A stretch of 64,000 nucleotides of DNA from contig JAQGDQ010000462.1 in NCBI GenBank assembly GCA_030141605.1, forward strand, positions 62,001 through 126,000, read 5' to 3'. The stretch is from Tubiluchus corallicola. Taxonomy: Eukaryota > Animalia > Priapulida. The position numbers and the translations under genes are program-made. The notes under the pieces are model-generated. The model saw only the letters and a program-made list of their open reading frames with translations. It had not been told where the DNA came from and did not search any database. Every line of letters starts with the position of its first letter. Position 1 is the first letter of the stretch. This document shows positions 13,101-27,586 of the stretch, in pieces.

Positions 13101-16100
13101 AAACTGTATATTACTGTATGAAACTGTATATTACTGTATGAAACTATATATTACTGTATGAAACTGTATATTACTGTATGAAACTGTATATTACTGTATT
13201 AAAGCATGTTTGGAGTTTTAGAGTTTAGCACTTGCAGACTAAGCTAAACTACATCTAAACATTCAACCACTTGCATGCACAAATAAAAACAAAAGTTCCA
13301 TTGTTATCGAGAACCACAGATATCGAATCATATTTCATAATCCAAACCTCACATCCAGCTTGGGACCACTCCTCTAGCATTTCATCCCAGTACAAACATT
13401 GGGAGGAGTAAAAGCTCAGTGAAAAGTTGTATCTGGTTGTTTGTGGAGGAGCTGAAACATTGAAATTGAATTTATTTTGAAATTATAAGCAACCGTTTTG
13501 AACTGTAATTCATTCGTAACTATGCTAATAATTATGCTCATTAAGGCATGAAAAAATAATACTAGGAAAAATCGACTTCGAAATACTTTATACCTGGTGG
13601 TGTATTATTAGCTGCAAGAAAACACGGAATTTTCTGCAAATTAGTGGACGGATCTCCCTCAAGCCACGTCATGCACGGACATGCATATTGCAGATAACTC
13701 ACTCGAATTACAACCTAAACATAAATTTATCATCGTAGGTGAAACAATTCATCATATAGTAGAGAGGTTTTCGTTTGTGGCCACTAAATTATAAAACTAA
13801 TTACCCTTTAAAACAATTTGCTTATTCATACACCAAGACAGATTGCCTATGGGATCTTGTAGAGAAAACTGATGGCATATCAAACTAAAACATGAACACC
13901 AAATTTAATCTGAGAAAACATGCCAAAATGAACGCAGGTAAAAAGGTCTCAGGTAAAAATGCCACAGCTAAAAAGTCACTCACAAAACTGACAGGACAGT
14001 CACATAAAAAATTACAGGAAAGAAGCCACAGTTAAAAACGTCACAGCTAAAAGGTCACATAAAAGGTTACAGGAAAAACAAGTAATGCTAACAATAACCC
14101 AAAGTATTATAAACAAAGCATATTTTTTTCAGATACATGTAATGCCATCATATATAAAATACTGTTGTCAATATGTACAATTCACATATCGCGAGTTAGC
14201 AACTGATTTAATTTTTTCAGTACTTAAATTGTTTATGGTACATAAATAAATTGTGAGTGACCTTAACATTTGATTGATTGTTTGATTGACCGTCTTTCGT
14301 TCTAAGACAAAATTTTGGTTTGTTTCTGCGAATTTGTTACCGACCTAAACGAGTTTACAATGTGGTGTAATTATTGCATTTCCAAGGAAAACAATTATTC
14401 ATTATCAATCCAAATTTATCACTCACGTTTTGAAGGCAGCATATTGCAAGGTACTTATTGAAAATTAGACTGATTATCTTCAGAAAATGCACCTGCAATA
14501 ACCAGTCTAAACAAATAGACATGATCAACAAACACACCTGCAATAACCATTCTGAACTAATCGACATGATCAACAAACGCACCTGCAATAACCAGGCTGA
14601 ACAAATCGACATGATCAACAAACGCACCTGCAATAACCAGTCTGAACAAATCGACATGATCAACAAACACACCTGCAATAACCATTCTGAACTAATCGAC
14701 ATGATCAACAAACGCACCTGCAATAACCAGGCTGAACAAATCGACATGATCAACAAACACACATGCAATAACCAGTCTGAACAAATCGACATGATCAACA
14801 AACACACATGCAATAACCAGTCTGAACTAATCGACATGATCAACAAACACACCTGCAATAACCAGTCTGAACAAATACACATGATCAACAAACACACCTG
14901 CAATAACCATTCTGAACTAATCGACATGATCAACAAACGCACCTGCAATAACCAGGCTGAACAAATCGACATGATCAACAAACGCACCTGCAATAACCAG
15001 TCTGAACAAATCGACATGATCAACAAACACACCTGCAATAACCATTCTGAACTAATCGACATGATCAACAAACGCACCTGCAATAACCAGGCTGAACAAA
15101 TCGACATGATCAACAAACACACATGCAATAACCAGTCTGAACAAATCGACATGATCAACAAACACACCTGCAATAACCATTCTGAACAAATCGACATGAT
15201 CAACAAACACACATGCAATAACCAGTCTGAACTAATCGACATGATCCACAAACACACATGCAATAACCAGTCTGAACAAATCGACATGATCAACAAACAC
15301 ACCTGCAATAACCAGTCTGAACAAATCGACATGATCAACAAATGCACCTGCAATAACCAGTCTGAACTAATACACATGATCAACAAACATACCTGCAATA
15401 ACCATTCTGAACAATCGACATGATCAACAAACGCACCTGCAATAACCAGTCTGAACAATCGACATGATCAACAAACGCACCTGCAATAACCAGGCTGAAC
15501 AAATCGACATGATCCACAAACACACCTGCAATAACCAGTCTGAACAAATTCACATGATCAACAAACACACATGCAATAACCAGTCTGAACAAATCGACAT
15601 GATCAACAAACACACATGCAATAACCAGTCTGAACAAATCGACATGATCAACAAACACACCTGCAATAACCAGTCTGAACAAATTCACATGATCAACAAA
15701 CGCACCTGCAATAACGAGGCTGAACAAATCGACATGATCAACAAACGCACCTGCAATAACCAGTCTGAACAACTCGACATAATCAACAAACGCACCTGCA
15801 ATAATCAGGCTGAACAAATAGACATGATCAACAAACGCACCTGCAATAACCAGTCTGAACTAATACACATGATCAACAAATGCACCTGCAATAACCAGTC
15901 TGAACAACTCGACATGATCAACAAACGCACCTGCAATAATCAGGCTGAACAAATAGACATGATCAACAAACGCACCTGCAATAATCAGGCTGAACAAATA
16001 GACATGATCAACAAACGCACCTGCAATAACCAGGCTGAACAAATCGACATGATCAACAAACGCACCTGCAATAACCAGTCTGAACTAATAGACATGATCA

Positions 16101-19100
16101 ACAAACGCACCTGCAATAACCAGTCTGAACTAATAGACATGATCAACAAACGCACCTGCAATAACCAGTCTGAACAAATAGACATGATCAACAAACGCAC
16201 CTGCAATAATCAGGCTGAACAAATAGACATGATCAACAAACGCACCTGCAATAATCAGGCTGAACAAATAGACATGATCAACAAACGCACCTGCAATAAC
16301 CAGTCTGAACAAATACACATGATCAACAAACGCACCTGCAATAACCAGTCTGAACTAATAGACATGATCAACAAACGCACCTGCAATAACGAGGCTGAAC
16401 AAATCGACATGATCACAAACGCACCTGCAATAACCAGTCTAAACAGTTTGACCTACCTTCTCTAATAGCCAGGCAGGTCCAAAGTATCGATTGTCGTGCC
16501 AAACACTTATGAAATTTAATGTTCCAACAAACACTGTTGATACGTTGAAATCATCAGTTCTGAAAGAGATTGATAGGAGTTCTCTAATCTTTAAAGTTCA
16601 ACTCTATTGAGGACAAAATTAGGTTTATAAATTAGGTTTATAATGTTGCTCTAGCCTTTATATGGTGTAGAAAGACGTTCTTATGACCATTCAAATTTAC
16701 TATTTTTGAAAATTGGATAACAACCATAAATGATTCAGTATCAAGAGTTATCAACAGGTGTGTATACAGTTGTACCTGCCTATTTTCAAATTATGTCAGA
16801 TATTACAATAATATTAAGAACTCCTTACTGTGCACGTCTAAAACTTCCAAAAGAGCTGCCCAAGGTAATTTTATCAGAGTCTTTATGCTTTCCATGCAGC
16901 TGTACTGACACACTTGCTGCTGTACCTGCATATTCCACGTCTGCAGTCAGTATTGAGATCTGATACATCACATTCTCTGCAACTAAACAATTATTTTGAA
17001 TTAATGCTTTAATGATAAGCCAGGGTAGAATGGTGCGTGTGTTCCTGGTTTGATACTATTTATAAAACAAAAATTTAAATCTGAATTCTAGTGAAACTAC
17101 AGTCAAGCCTCTTTATACCCACTTTGGAACTGCAAAAAATGTTGGCATTAAGCGAGTTTGGTGTTATATCACGGTGCATTAAAACATACATGTCATGCAA
17201 ATGCATGTTTGCGAATAAAATTGGCTATATTCGAGCTTGGCATTATAAAGGGGAGAGTGCGTTATAATGGGGTTTCATTTAGTTATTTGTTTTTTATTAA
17301 AAGTACAGAATATTAACACTAAATGTTTACTAACAAATCTAAATTTCACATTTCATTTTCCATGTTATGTAATATAAAATATCTGCATAATGTTCTGCAC
17401 TCAAAGAGGTTCCCAGTGTATCCTGGAATGTTTTAGTTTGCTCGCCAATACCTGAGGTAATGTTTTCTTCTGGTTCGGTAATGTTTGTAGGCTCGTCTAG
17501 CCAGGTGATATTGGCACATATTTTCTCATAGGCTATGGTTTCCATCCTGCAAAATTCTTTGATAGGTGATTTACAGGACAGCAGTGTCTGGTCACAATGT
17601 GACGTACAATCTTCAACAAGCGCTGAGTCGCAGTTGGGGTGACATTGGTAACACGAACCATTGCATCTGAAGAAATTCTTTTCACAGTCATTTGTGTAGT
17701 TTTTACTGCAATCATGGTAAAAACGTCTACAGATTTCACGGTCAGCTTCAATAGACAATGTTTCCTCACAAGCAGCTTCGGTGTTTCTAATACAATCAGC
17801 TGGAATTTCACAAGAGTTATTAAGCGCCACAAAGCAATTTTCATACATTTTTTGGCAGCGGTTTAAACAAGCATTTTTAGATAATGTACAGTCAGATCGG
17901 CACATTTCGTGGTAGTTGTTACATGTGTCCAGCACAGATCCATAACAAACATTGTATGCATTGTGACAGTTAGTTGATGCTTTCTTACAATATTTTACCC
18001 AGTCTGTATAACAAGGTTCTTTTTCTAGGCACTTATCAACACTGCACAATAAGATTTTATTGTCTGTGCAAATCTGCGAATTCAAACAATTCTTTGTAGC
18101 ATTTTCCGCACATTCTGTAAATTCACCCTTGCATTTCAAAGATGCCTTATAACACGAGGGGGTGTAGAATGAGTCAAATAACAAGCCAACATAATAATCA
18201 GCAGTAATATTATCATCATTATAAAAACTTAGGACATTGTCTGGAGTCTTGCTGGTGTATGCATCAGTTGGAATAACTGGTATGTTATACACGGTATTTG
18301 AGTCTTCCCTAAAATCTCCAATTGTTGGCTTAACATTCTTTTTGAACACCACCTGAAATGAAGCATATAAGCTGTATATTAATTTTCTCTATACATATTA
18401 TCAAGCTGCAAATCCCTTAGCACTTTACAAAAATAATTTTTACCAAATCCCTTCTTTAATGACAGAGAGAAATCAGTAAAAGGTAACTATATTGCACTTA
18501 TTTATCAACTCACAAAATGTAAAACAAGGCTTTAGCAACTCACAGAATGTAAAACAATGTTTTAGTAACTCAAACAATGCAAAACAATGCTTTAGCAACT
18601 TACAGAATGTTAACTGATGCTTTAACAACACACAGAATGTAAAACAATGTTTTAGCAACTCAAACAATGCAAAACAATGCTTTAGCAACTTACAGAATGT
18701 AAACTGATGCTTTAACAACACACAGAATGTAAAACAATGTTTTAGCAACTCAAACAATGCAAAACAATGCTTAAGTAATTCACAGATAGTAAAACCATGC
18801 TTAACTAACTCACAGAATGTAAAAGGTATTTAGATAAAAAAATTGAAGCATCAATCGGAATGTTTGTTGATTCAAATTTTGTGAGCTACTGAAGTTCGGC
18901 GGTTCAATACCATTATCACCATTCCTAATGACATCATTTACCTTAAGCAACACTTCTACTGGTAAATGTTGAAATATCAGTAAAGCATTACTATAAGCAT
19001 CAACTGTGAAAGAATGTACTGTGATGTGTTTGTTGGAGACATTGCCAGTCGTCTGCAAGATGTACGAATCAACGGTGACAACATTTATTCCTAGAAAAAA

Positions 19101-22100
19101 ATAAAACTGCTCAACTTACTAGCATCTACAGAATCAGTAACATGCATTACTTGAGGTGATGATAACCGTTAAGAAGGTCAACATTGTTGCTGTTTATAAA
19201 AATAACAAAATCTTTGTTATTATCATCATAGTGGCCATGATGGACGCTACAGAATCAGCTGTAAACAAACATGCATACACATAATACGAAAGGCTAAAAT
19301 ACTCATAACCAAAACGCAAAATTTTATGTCTCAGTCACATTTCAGAATTTTGTACACTCATATCTCGGTTTGCCGGACAAAATCGGGGCGACGTCTAAGC
19401 TTCCCAAATGTCCATGTTTCCGATACTAAAACAATTATTATAGTATTCCTTGCAATAAAGTAATGGTAATTTAGAAGCAATTGCCTTATTGTGTCAAAAA
19501 CGTCTAGTACAGGCTACTCCTATGCAAAAGTATATAAAACTGTCGACAATTGACTCAAATTACACCGCATAACTGACTCTCTACTCTTTTTGCACTTTTA
19601 AGTACAGTCGTTACACGCTTGGTTACACTGATGTATTGATGTAAACAAAGTGACGTCAGGTCAAATAGCAGTCAGCTCGCGAAACAAAGGACTGTGTCCG
19701 TAGTAGTATACTGGTCTTTTTAACAGACCAGACACTGTCCAAATTTTCCACTCTCCGTAAAAGCGATGTCTCGCAAACCGAGATATGAGTGTAAATTGAT
19801 TTACGTTTGATGTACCTGCAACTTTCAGAAAAAATTCCAGCGGTTTTTCAAACTGCCTTTCCACAAATGAAAGATTTTTATGTTCACTGATAGAGATGCT
19901 AGCTATAGGTGTGTCAACCAGAACTGCAGACTCGTTCCAGGCAAATGGATTGTCCTCCATGTAATACAACTGCCAGAAATGTTATTAAGTCAAAAATAAA
20001 GAATTATCATTGCATTAAATTGAGCCTATGAAGTGAAAGAATATCCAGAAGCATTTGAGTTTTAGCAGCTTGCATTGGCACTAAATTGTAAATTAATTAG
20101 CAATTTGTGTAATTAACAACAATGGAGTAACTCGGAGATTATCGTTAATGGCAAGAATAGATACAATTAAAAGATTATTTATTATTTTACAATTATAAAC
20201 ACCTACAGCAGTTAAAAACTTATAGTTACAACACTACAACTTTATTAAAACTTTGAATTTACATAATTAAAAATCATGTCAAAACGTTACGACAATGCTA
20301 CTGCTGTCATCATCAGTGGTAAATTTTTACAAACATACAACCAGTTTATATATATAAGCAGGGCCTAGCATGGCCTACGGTATGCTAAATAATTAATTGG
20401 GGCATAGTGTTGGATACTGTATCTTCTGCCTATCATTTCTTTTATTTTGTGATAGATTTTAATAAATTACTTAATTACCTCTACACCAAGAGAATGCTGT
20501 TCAGTTGATAGCACATCAGACGGGGGCATTTTAAAATATCCAATGTCTTTCATGCTTTTCTGGGCACCTATAAGAAGTAAAAAATACAGTTACTAATTGC
20601 AAAATGTGCTAAGATTCAAAAATAATACAGCAAAAAGCTGAAAATTGCTAACTGAGTCATACTGAATGTAGCTAATACTTGTAAAACTACCTCCAAGTTC
20701 AGTGACTCTCAGTCGTTCCAGTGAAACCGTCATTAAATCTGTTGTAAACGTAGTTGCCTCTTCATGTACTACCTTGTGTTTAATGATGCTACTGGAAATA
20801 TCATCAACTAATTTCAGTGATTTCAGTGACACATCTCTGGCCTGCAACAAATTAACATGTGCACCTGTAAAAGTCTCCCTTTTTATTGGAGATTGCAGAT
20901 CATTGTGAACAACAGAAAGAACAGCAAACACATCCAAAAATTACCATTACAGGCTTTTACAAATTTATGGTTTTTGTAATTCACCTGGCAGTTATCTCTT
21001 CATCACCTAAACTAAATGAGAACCACTCTTTCTATATCACTATGATAATGCAATGGAATCAGAGCTTAACTGAAGCTATCATTTACCACTGTTGTTGAAA
21101 ATTGAACGTCATTATCAATAGCCAAGGCACGGAATAAATGCACTTATGTTCAATATTGCGCGGACATCCTACATCCACCTACATCCAGCTGTTTTTACTG
21201 AAGCAAAATTACTTGCAGAATACAATGGAATGACGTCACAACAATTGCTTCGCCTCAGTAAAAATCTTCTAAAATGAAATCTCCAATCAACTAGCGCCTG
21301 CTCCTCCTGGTTCAGGCGACCCGAAAAGAGTCCCTCATCTTCATACAGCTCTGTTCCTCCTCTTTACAAGGAGCTATAAATCTCTGTCAAAGAACCCCAT
21401 CAGATGCAGCTAGATCATTTCTCCTACATGGTGTTTAATCAACACACTGAAACCTACTAAAGAGTAAAATCAACTCCTCAGTTCATGCACTACCTGGTAC
21501 TGAATTCCTAAACTTTAACCAGTGAAGATTCGCTCTAACATTTTCAAACTATCAACAAATTAAATAAACTATTATTTTGCCATCATCATCAGCACTAATA
21601 TAAGCTCTGATTTATGACACGTCTATATGAAACCTGGTCACCTTGAATGATTAGTGAAGTGGTATATCTAATTTACTGTGATTATTATGTGACCCTTCGA
21701 TTACTGTTACGTCACTGCATGAAACCTCGTCTAGTAGGTGAAGAGTAACTGTTAGTTACCTTTGTATCAATAAACTTTTATTTACTACATTGACTTTGAG
21801 TTTAATTCTCATATCAATTTGAACACAAGTGTAATGACTTCTTTTTACTGAACAGACTATCAAACCATTACCAGCAGCACTCTCGGCACATTTAAGTTCT
21901 CTAGAAATAAGACGTATAACTTTTCTAGTTATAGCCTCTTAATCTGCACTACACGAGGGTGCAAATCTTTGAAAAAACCGTCAAAAAGGGCCATTTTGGA
22001 GGTTTTTTCGCCGCCCCTCATTTCCACCCAGAGGACCAGATTCAAAAAATGAAACCCCAATGGCAAATCAGTGGGTCCGGAAAATTTATTTGACGTACAG

Positions 22101-25100
22101 ATCGCTGAAAATAGTGCTGTCATCAGAGCCGTAGCCTCGTCGGTTACATATATACCACCGGAATTAATATACATGATTATTATTATACTTTGCACATGAT
22201 CCCATATTAAAAATTAATGACATTCAATATCATTGTTTTGGCTTACTAAATTTAATTCGCGTTAACTACAACACATATAATTTACTAAAGCTTTCACAAA
22301 TGTCTAAAGCTATATTACGTACTTGCATGAAGATCTCCTGATTTACAATGTCACTGGACAGACCTGCATCACCCTTGACCACTCTTTTTTTTCGCTTATC
22401 ATTGTTATCAAACTGATCTTTAGAGGCACGAATAATGCTGCCAAAGATGCTTGATATTCCACTTAAAGCAGACCTAGAAAACAAATCTGTTTGCACAAAG
22501 TGAATGGTCCAGCGATTGAGGATGACCGTGGAAAGGTCAAAGGTTAATTGCACCAGACAACACGTCTGTGTACACTTGACAACTCACTTCAGGCCATGCT
22601 ATTGTAATAGTAACAGTTTTAACAGCTAGCTAGAACCTTAGTTCATTTTTTCTTGTTTAACCCTGTTACAAAATCAGTCTACGCACTGACTGATGCATAT
22701 TTACATAAAGTCCACATAAAACAACTAAATTACTGAACTGATGCTGCACACGGTTTTGCCATACCCACATATCAGGTGAATGGTTGTAGTTAAGATGCGT
22801 TGCTGTGCTATATTTAACCTTTAACCTACAGCAACTACACATGCACACAACAGTGAAAAGGCTCATTGAACAATGCAAATATTCTACTAATAGCAACTAG
22901 CAACGAACGGCAGACACCACTGGCTGTAAAGATACACACTCAGGCACTGGTACAGGTACTAGGACAAATTTCAAACAAACGTATAATTAGTGATCAAAAG
23001 ACTGCAAACTTTTCAAGTCTGAGAAAAAAAACAGAGAAGATAAAATGGAGAGTGAACTGCATGCCAAACACTTGTAGTGAACAACTAGATATAATGTCCA
23101 TTTCTCGTGCATCATGGATAGTAACAAACTTGTGCAATGGATTTCTACTAATGTTACTACTTATTCTATAATAAAATTAACTATTTTTTATACTTTTCTA
23201 ATTCGTAACTAATACTGTTTTTAGTAGTCTTGAGAGCAGATTGTACAAAACTTTGCTCTAGCACTCCACAACCAACTCTGCTATCATATCAGCAAAACAC
23301 GATTATTAACACTAATTTTTCTGTGAAATTAATAATTTGCACACAGACTTCTATAATACGTCAAACTAAAACAAATTTGTATTTTCTAGGATGTAATGAT
23401 ACCGAAATTGTAGCTTTTGTTGGAAAATTTGTGTTCGACTGCATTGACTGTAGAAATATATGACTTAAAGTACTAATAATTGTATCTTTTTACACAAAAT
23501 AATATATTTATAATTACTTATTACCATAAGAAAAGCCTATTATCTATCAACAACAGCAATTGCTTATAGCCAGACTTAAGTTAAATTATTACGTCATCAA
23601 AACCTATTTTAAATTTTGTAACATGTTGAAGTCATTTATTGTAATATATTAATTTGTATTTTTTGTTATGGTCACCTTATCTCAGATGTTTTTATGTTTG
23701 CAGTGGTGAGTTGTCATGTTTTTTGTATGCCAATGAATCTCTAAGTCTCTAACAAAACTTAGTAGAAATCATACAACTGACTGAGCTGGTTGACCAGCTA
23801 GCAAATTGACTAAATAATTACGCATAAATAAACAAATAAATAACAGTAGTTGATTAATAAAAATTTTACTCTGCAAAATATTCCGAATCAGACTGATCAG
23901 CTTGCTGTGTTATCATATTATTCATAAATTCTCCAACTTCATACAGCTTCTCCATTGCAGCCATCTGAAATTTAACAAAAGACATTAATATCTCAAGTAA
24001 CACATAATTTGGTTGATTAAATGTTTATCTAGTTCTAAAATCTGTGAAATGTAATTTAATGCAGTCTGTCAACATATCTGACATCCATACAGAAAGAACA
24101 GAGCATCAACAAAATTATGTGAAAATAGACAAATACTAGACTGGAGTTCATGTGCGATTCTTTCTCGATTGAGAGTGAAAAAATAATTTGAGAAACAATA
24201 GTGAAAAAAATCTCTTTTTAAACTAAAGCTGTGATGAAAAAGAAACAAGTGCTTAATGACAAAATTACCGACTCAAAATACTTGTTTTGGCGAGAAAGTG
24301 AAAAGAACAGTACATCTGAGCACAAAGGCATGAGTAAAAATGTGTGAAATTTTAAGGCCAAGTAAGAAAAAGAGCAAATTCTTGGAATAATTAAAAGAAT
24401 CCAGGCGGACTAGGACATATTAATCAAGCCAAGGGGTCAAATTAATCACAAATTAGCATAACGCTCATGTCACAGAGGTCAGCCTACTCCTTACACGACA
24501 ATCAAAAATTAGCAAGGTGTTGTGGTTTATGACAGCTGGTTCGGGGATGAACACTTTGTAACATTGTTAGCTCAGCACTAGCCCAGCAAACTTGGCAGAT
24601 CTATTCAAGCAGATCATTGCTAATAAAGATTATACATGAAAAGCTTAAAAATTGTTTCCTGTGTAGAAAACAGGAACTGTCTAATAAAACCTTGAGTTGA
24701 ATAAGAACAATATGACTGTTTATGTTTAAAGTAAAAGTCATGTGCCTCATTCGATCCATAATCAACCACTTGAAAAAGGTGGATTGTCTAAAGACATAAA
24801 ATTCGTATACAGTAGGAAAAGAGGATGTTATGCTGGCATTAAACAATGTGATTTAGTAGAAATAAAAAATACTGCGCTATACATTCACCATGTCCTCTGA
24901 AATGATACAAGGCATAGATCTATTAATTAATAACATTAAAGTGATGCAATATACGATTTAATTAACAACACTGTGACGAGGAACTAGATCAATTAATCGA
25001 AAACACTGAGACGATGAACCGGATCAATTAATCGACAACACTGAGACAAGGAACTGAATCTATTAATCATTAATATATTATTGACAATGAGACGTATATG

Positions 25101-27529
25101 TAATAAATAATTAATGACAACGAAACAAGGAGCTGCAATAAATAATCAATGACAATGCGACAAGGAGCTGCATTAAATAATTAATGACAATGAGACAAGG
25201 AGCTGCATCAAATATTCAATGACAATGAGACAATGAACTGCAACAAATAATCGATGACAATGCGACAAGGAGCTGCATTAAATAATTAATGACAATGAGA
25301 CAAGGAGCTGCATCAAATAATCAATGACAATGAGACAAGGAGCTGCATCAAATAATCAATGACAAGGAGACAAGGAGCTGCATCAAATAATCAATGACAC
25401 CGGACAAGGAGCTGCATTGAGTAATCAATGACAATGAGACAAGGAGCTGCATCAAATAAACCATGACAATGAGACAAGGAGCTGCATCAAATAATCAATG
25501 ACAATGCGACAAGGAGCTGCATTGAGTAATCAATGACAATGAGACAAGGAGCTGCATCAAATAAACCATGACAATGAGACAAGGAGCTGCATCAAATAAT
25601 CAATGACAATGCGACAAGGAGCTGCATTGAGTAATCAATGACAATGAGACAAGGAGCAGTATGAAATAATCAATGACCCTTACCTTCGTTGTGATAGGAA
25701 CGTCATTATCAGTGGCAAAGATTTCACTGAGCATCTTTGACAACACTTTGGCAGCAAATATATCAGAGATTGAAATTTTTGTTGTCGCACTCACCAGAGC
25801 TGTCCTGATCTGAAAACAGAGAAAACCGGCTTCGTATTGCCTGTACTATTGTCTTGTTAAAGATGCGCAAAACAGTTTAGTTTTGACTATTCCATGATAG
25901 GCAGTGCCGCAATTTTTAACCTTATGCTACTTAAAACTATCTAGTCTTACATTATTTTGACTTTCCAAAGAAATGAAAATTGTCTCGATAGTCGTAAGCT
26001 TATGCACCAGTTGTACAAATATGATAACTATATCTGTACATCAAAATATCACTTAAAAACCAGTAGTTCTTAGTAAAATTTACTAAGACCTGCTAATATA
26101 TTTAAATAAATATTTGTTTAAAAATAACATGTCAAAATATTTCAATAGCAAGTAACGCACAACAATTGTCAAAATTATCAGTACTTAAATGTCAGTCTTA
26201 AACTTAATAGTTTCATTACCTCATTTTTTCTGTTTTCAATTTCAGTCTTCTGTGCTATTTGGCTGTCATCATTTATGTCAATTTCAGATGATATGTTGAT
26301 TGCATTTAGCAAAGCTGAAGCAACAAACACTATCTGTGTTGCACCTAAAACATTTCAACTTTAACTTGTTTACTATCTTCATCAAGAAACGTTGTTTCGG
26401 TTTATTGCTGTACACTGATTACAGAATAATTTGCTGAGCGCAATACGTGTACCAGCTGAAGCAACTGTGTGCCAAAGCCTGACCTGTACAGTTCACAATG
26501 AGCAGTTAAACCAGTATTGTAATGAAATTGTAAATGAACGTCTTAGCGCTACAAAACGATGTATACCTTTCACTTAGGACATTAAACAAAGTCATATCAT
26601 TACGGGTTGGTATGACTATGTCAAACCAGCCAAGGATAAGGCAATCTTTTGGCATGACCTTTGAGTCTCATGTTATAGTTCCAGAAATGGTGTGATAGCA
26701 GATATAATGAGACGTACTCAGGCTTCTTATTACCATCTTCTTCCTATTACTTATTACACTATCAAAAACATAGAGAGTTAATGGCTGACCATATTGCTAA
26801 CAATAGATGCCACAGAAAATTTAACTTCACCAGATAAGATTTGTCAAAAATTTGCTGATGAAAATGATCACTTATATAATACTGTAAGCTATGATGTCAC
26901 TTGTATGAATAACATTGTAAGTACCATCAATGGTAAACTCATAAATAATGGCATCAATATGACTCAGTATCGTTCAGTATCGATGATGTACATAGCGCAT
27001 CTAAACGTATTAAGATAAATAAAAATGACGGTAGGAATGGTTTTTACCCTGACTGTATCCGTAATGGACATGATTTGCTATGTGTTCACTAGGATTTATT
27101 ATTCAATGCATGGACAAAACCATGGTAATTGTCCTGAACATTTTCTGCTTGTAAATATTTTACAATTCCAAAAGACAAGCAAGGCGACTTATCTAGTATT
27201 ACTAATTATAGAGGTATATCTCCTCTCACTTAAATAAAATTTTAGACTGGCTTATTTTGTGTAAATATTGTGATCACTTGTATACCTCAGATTTGCAGTT
27301 CGGGTTTAAGCCCAATATGATCACAATAATGTGTACATCCGGGCTAAAATAAACTCTTGCTTATTACATGACCAATAATAGTTGTGTTTACATTGTTTTT
27401 AGGTGCTTCAAAGGCTTTCGACAAAGTAAACTTTTGCAAACTATTCAACATTATTTTCAATAGAAATATTCTGTCCATTATCTTACGATTGTTTTATCTC
27501 TCCCCTTTATATTTTTTGCGATTATGTCA

Positions 27530-27586
<57 letters not shown>

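Noticed and set aside
14355-16465. Long repetitive ORFs on both strands ([15 protein letters not shown] and [15 protein letters not shown] repeats)
   Set aside because: By-product of a stop-free 45-bp unit; frameshifts occur mid-array and it lies in an intron bounded by in-phase exons.
19151-19258. Exon-like stretch between exons 24 and 25
   Set aside because: The phase-compatible frame has a stop; exons 24 and 25 join in phase without it.
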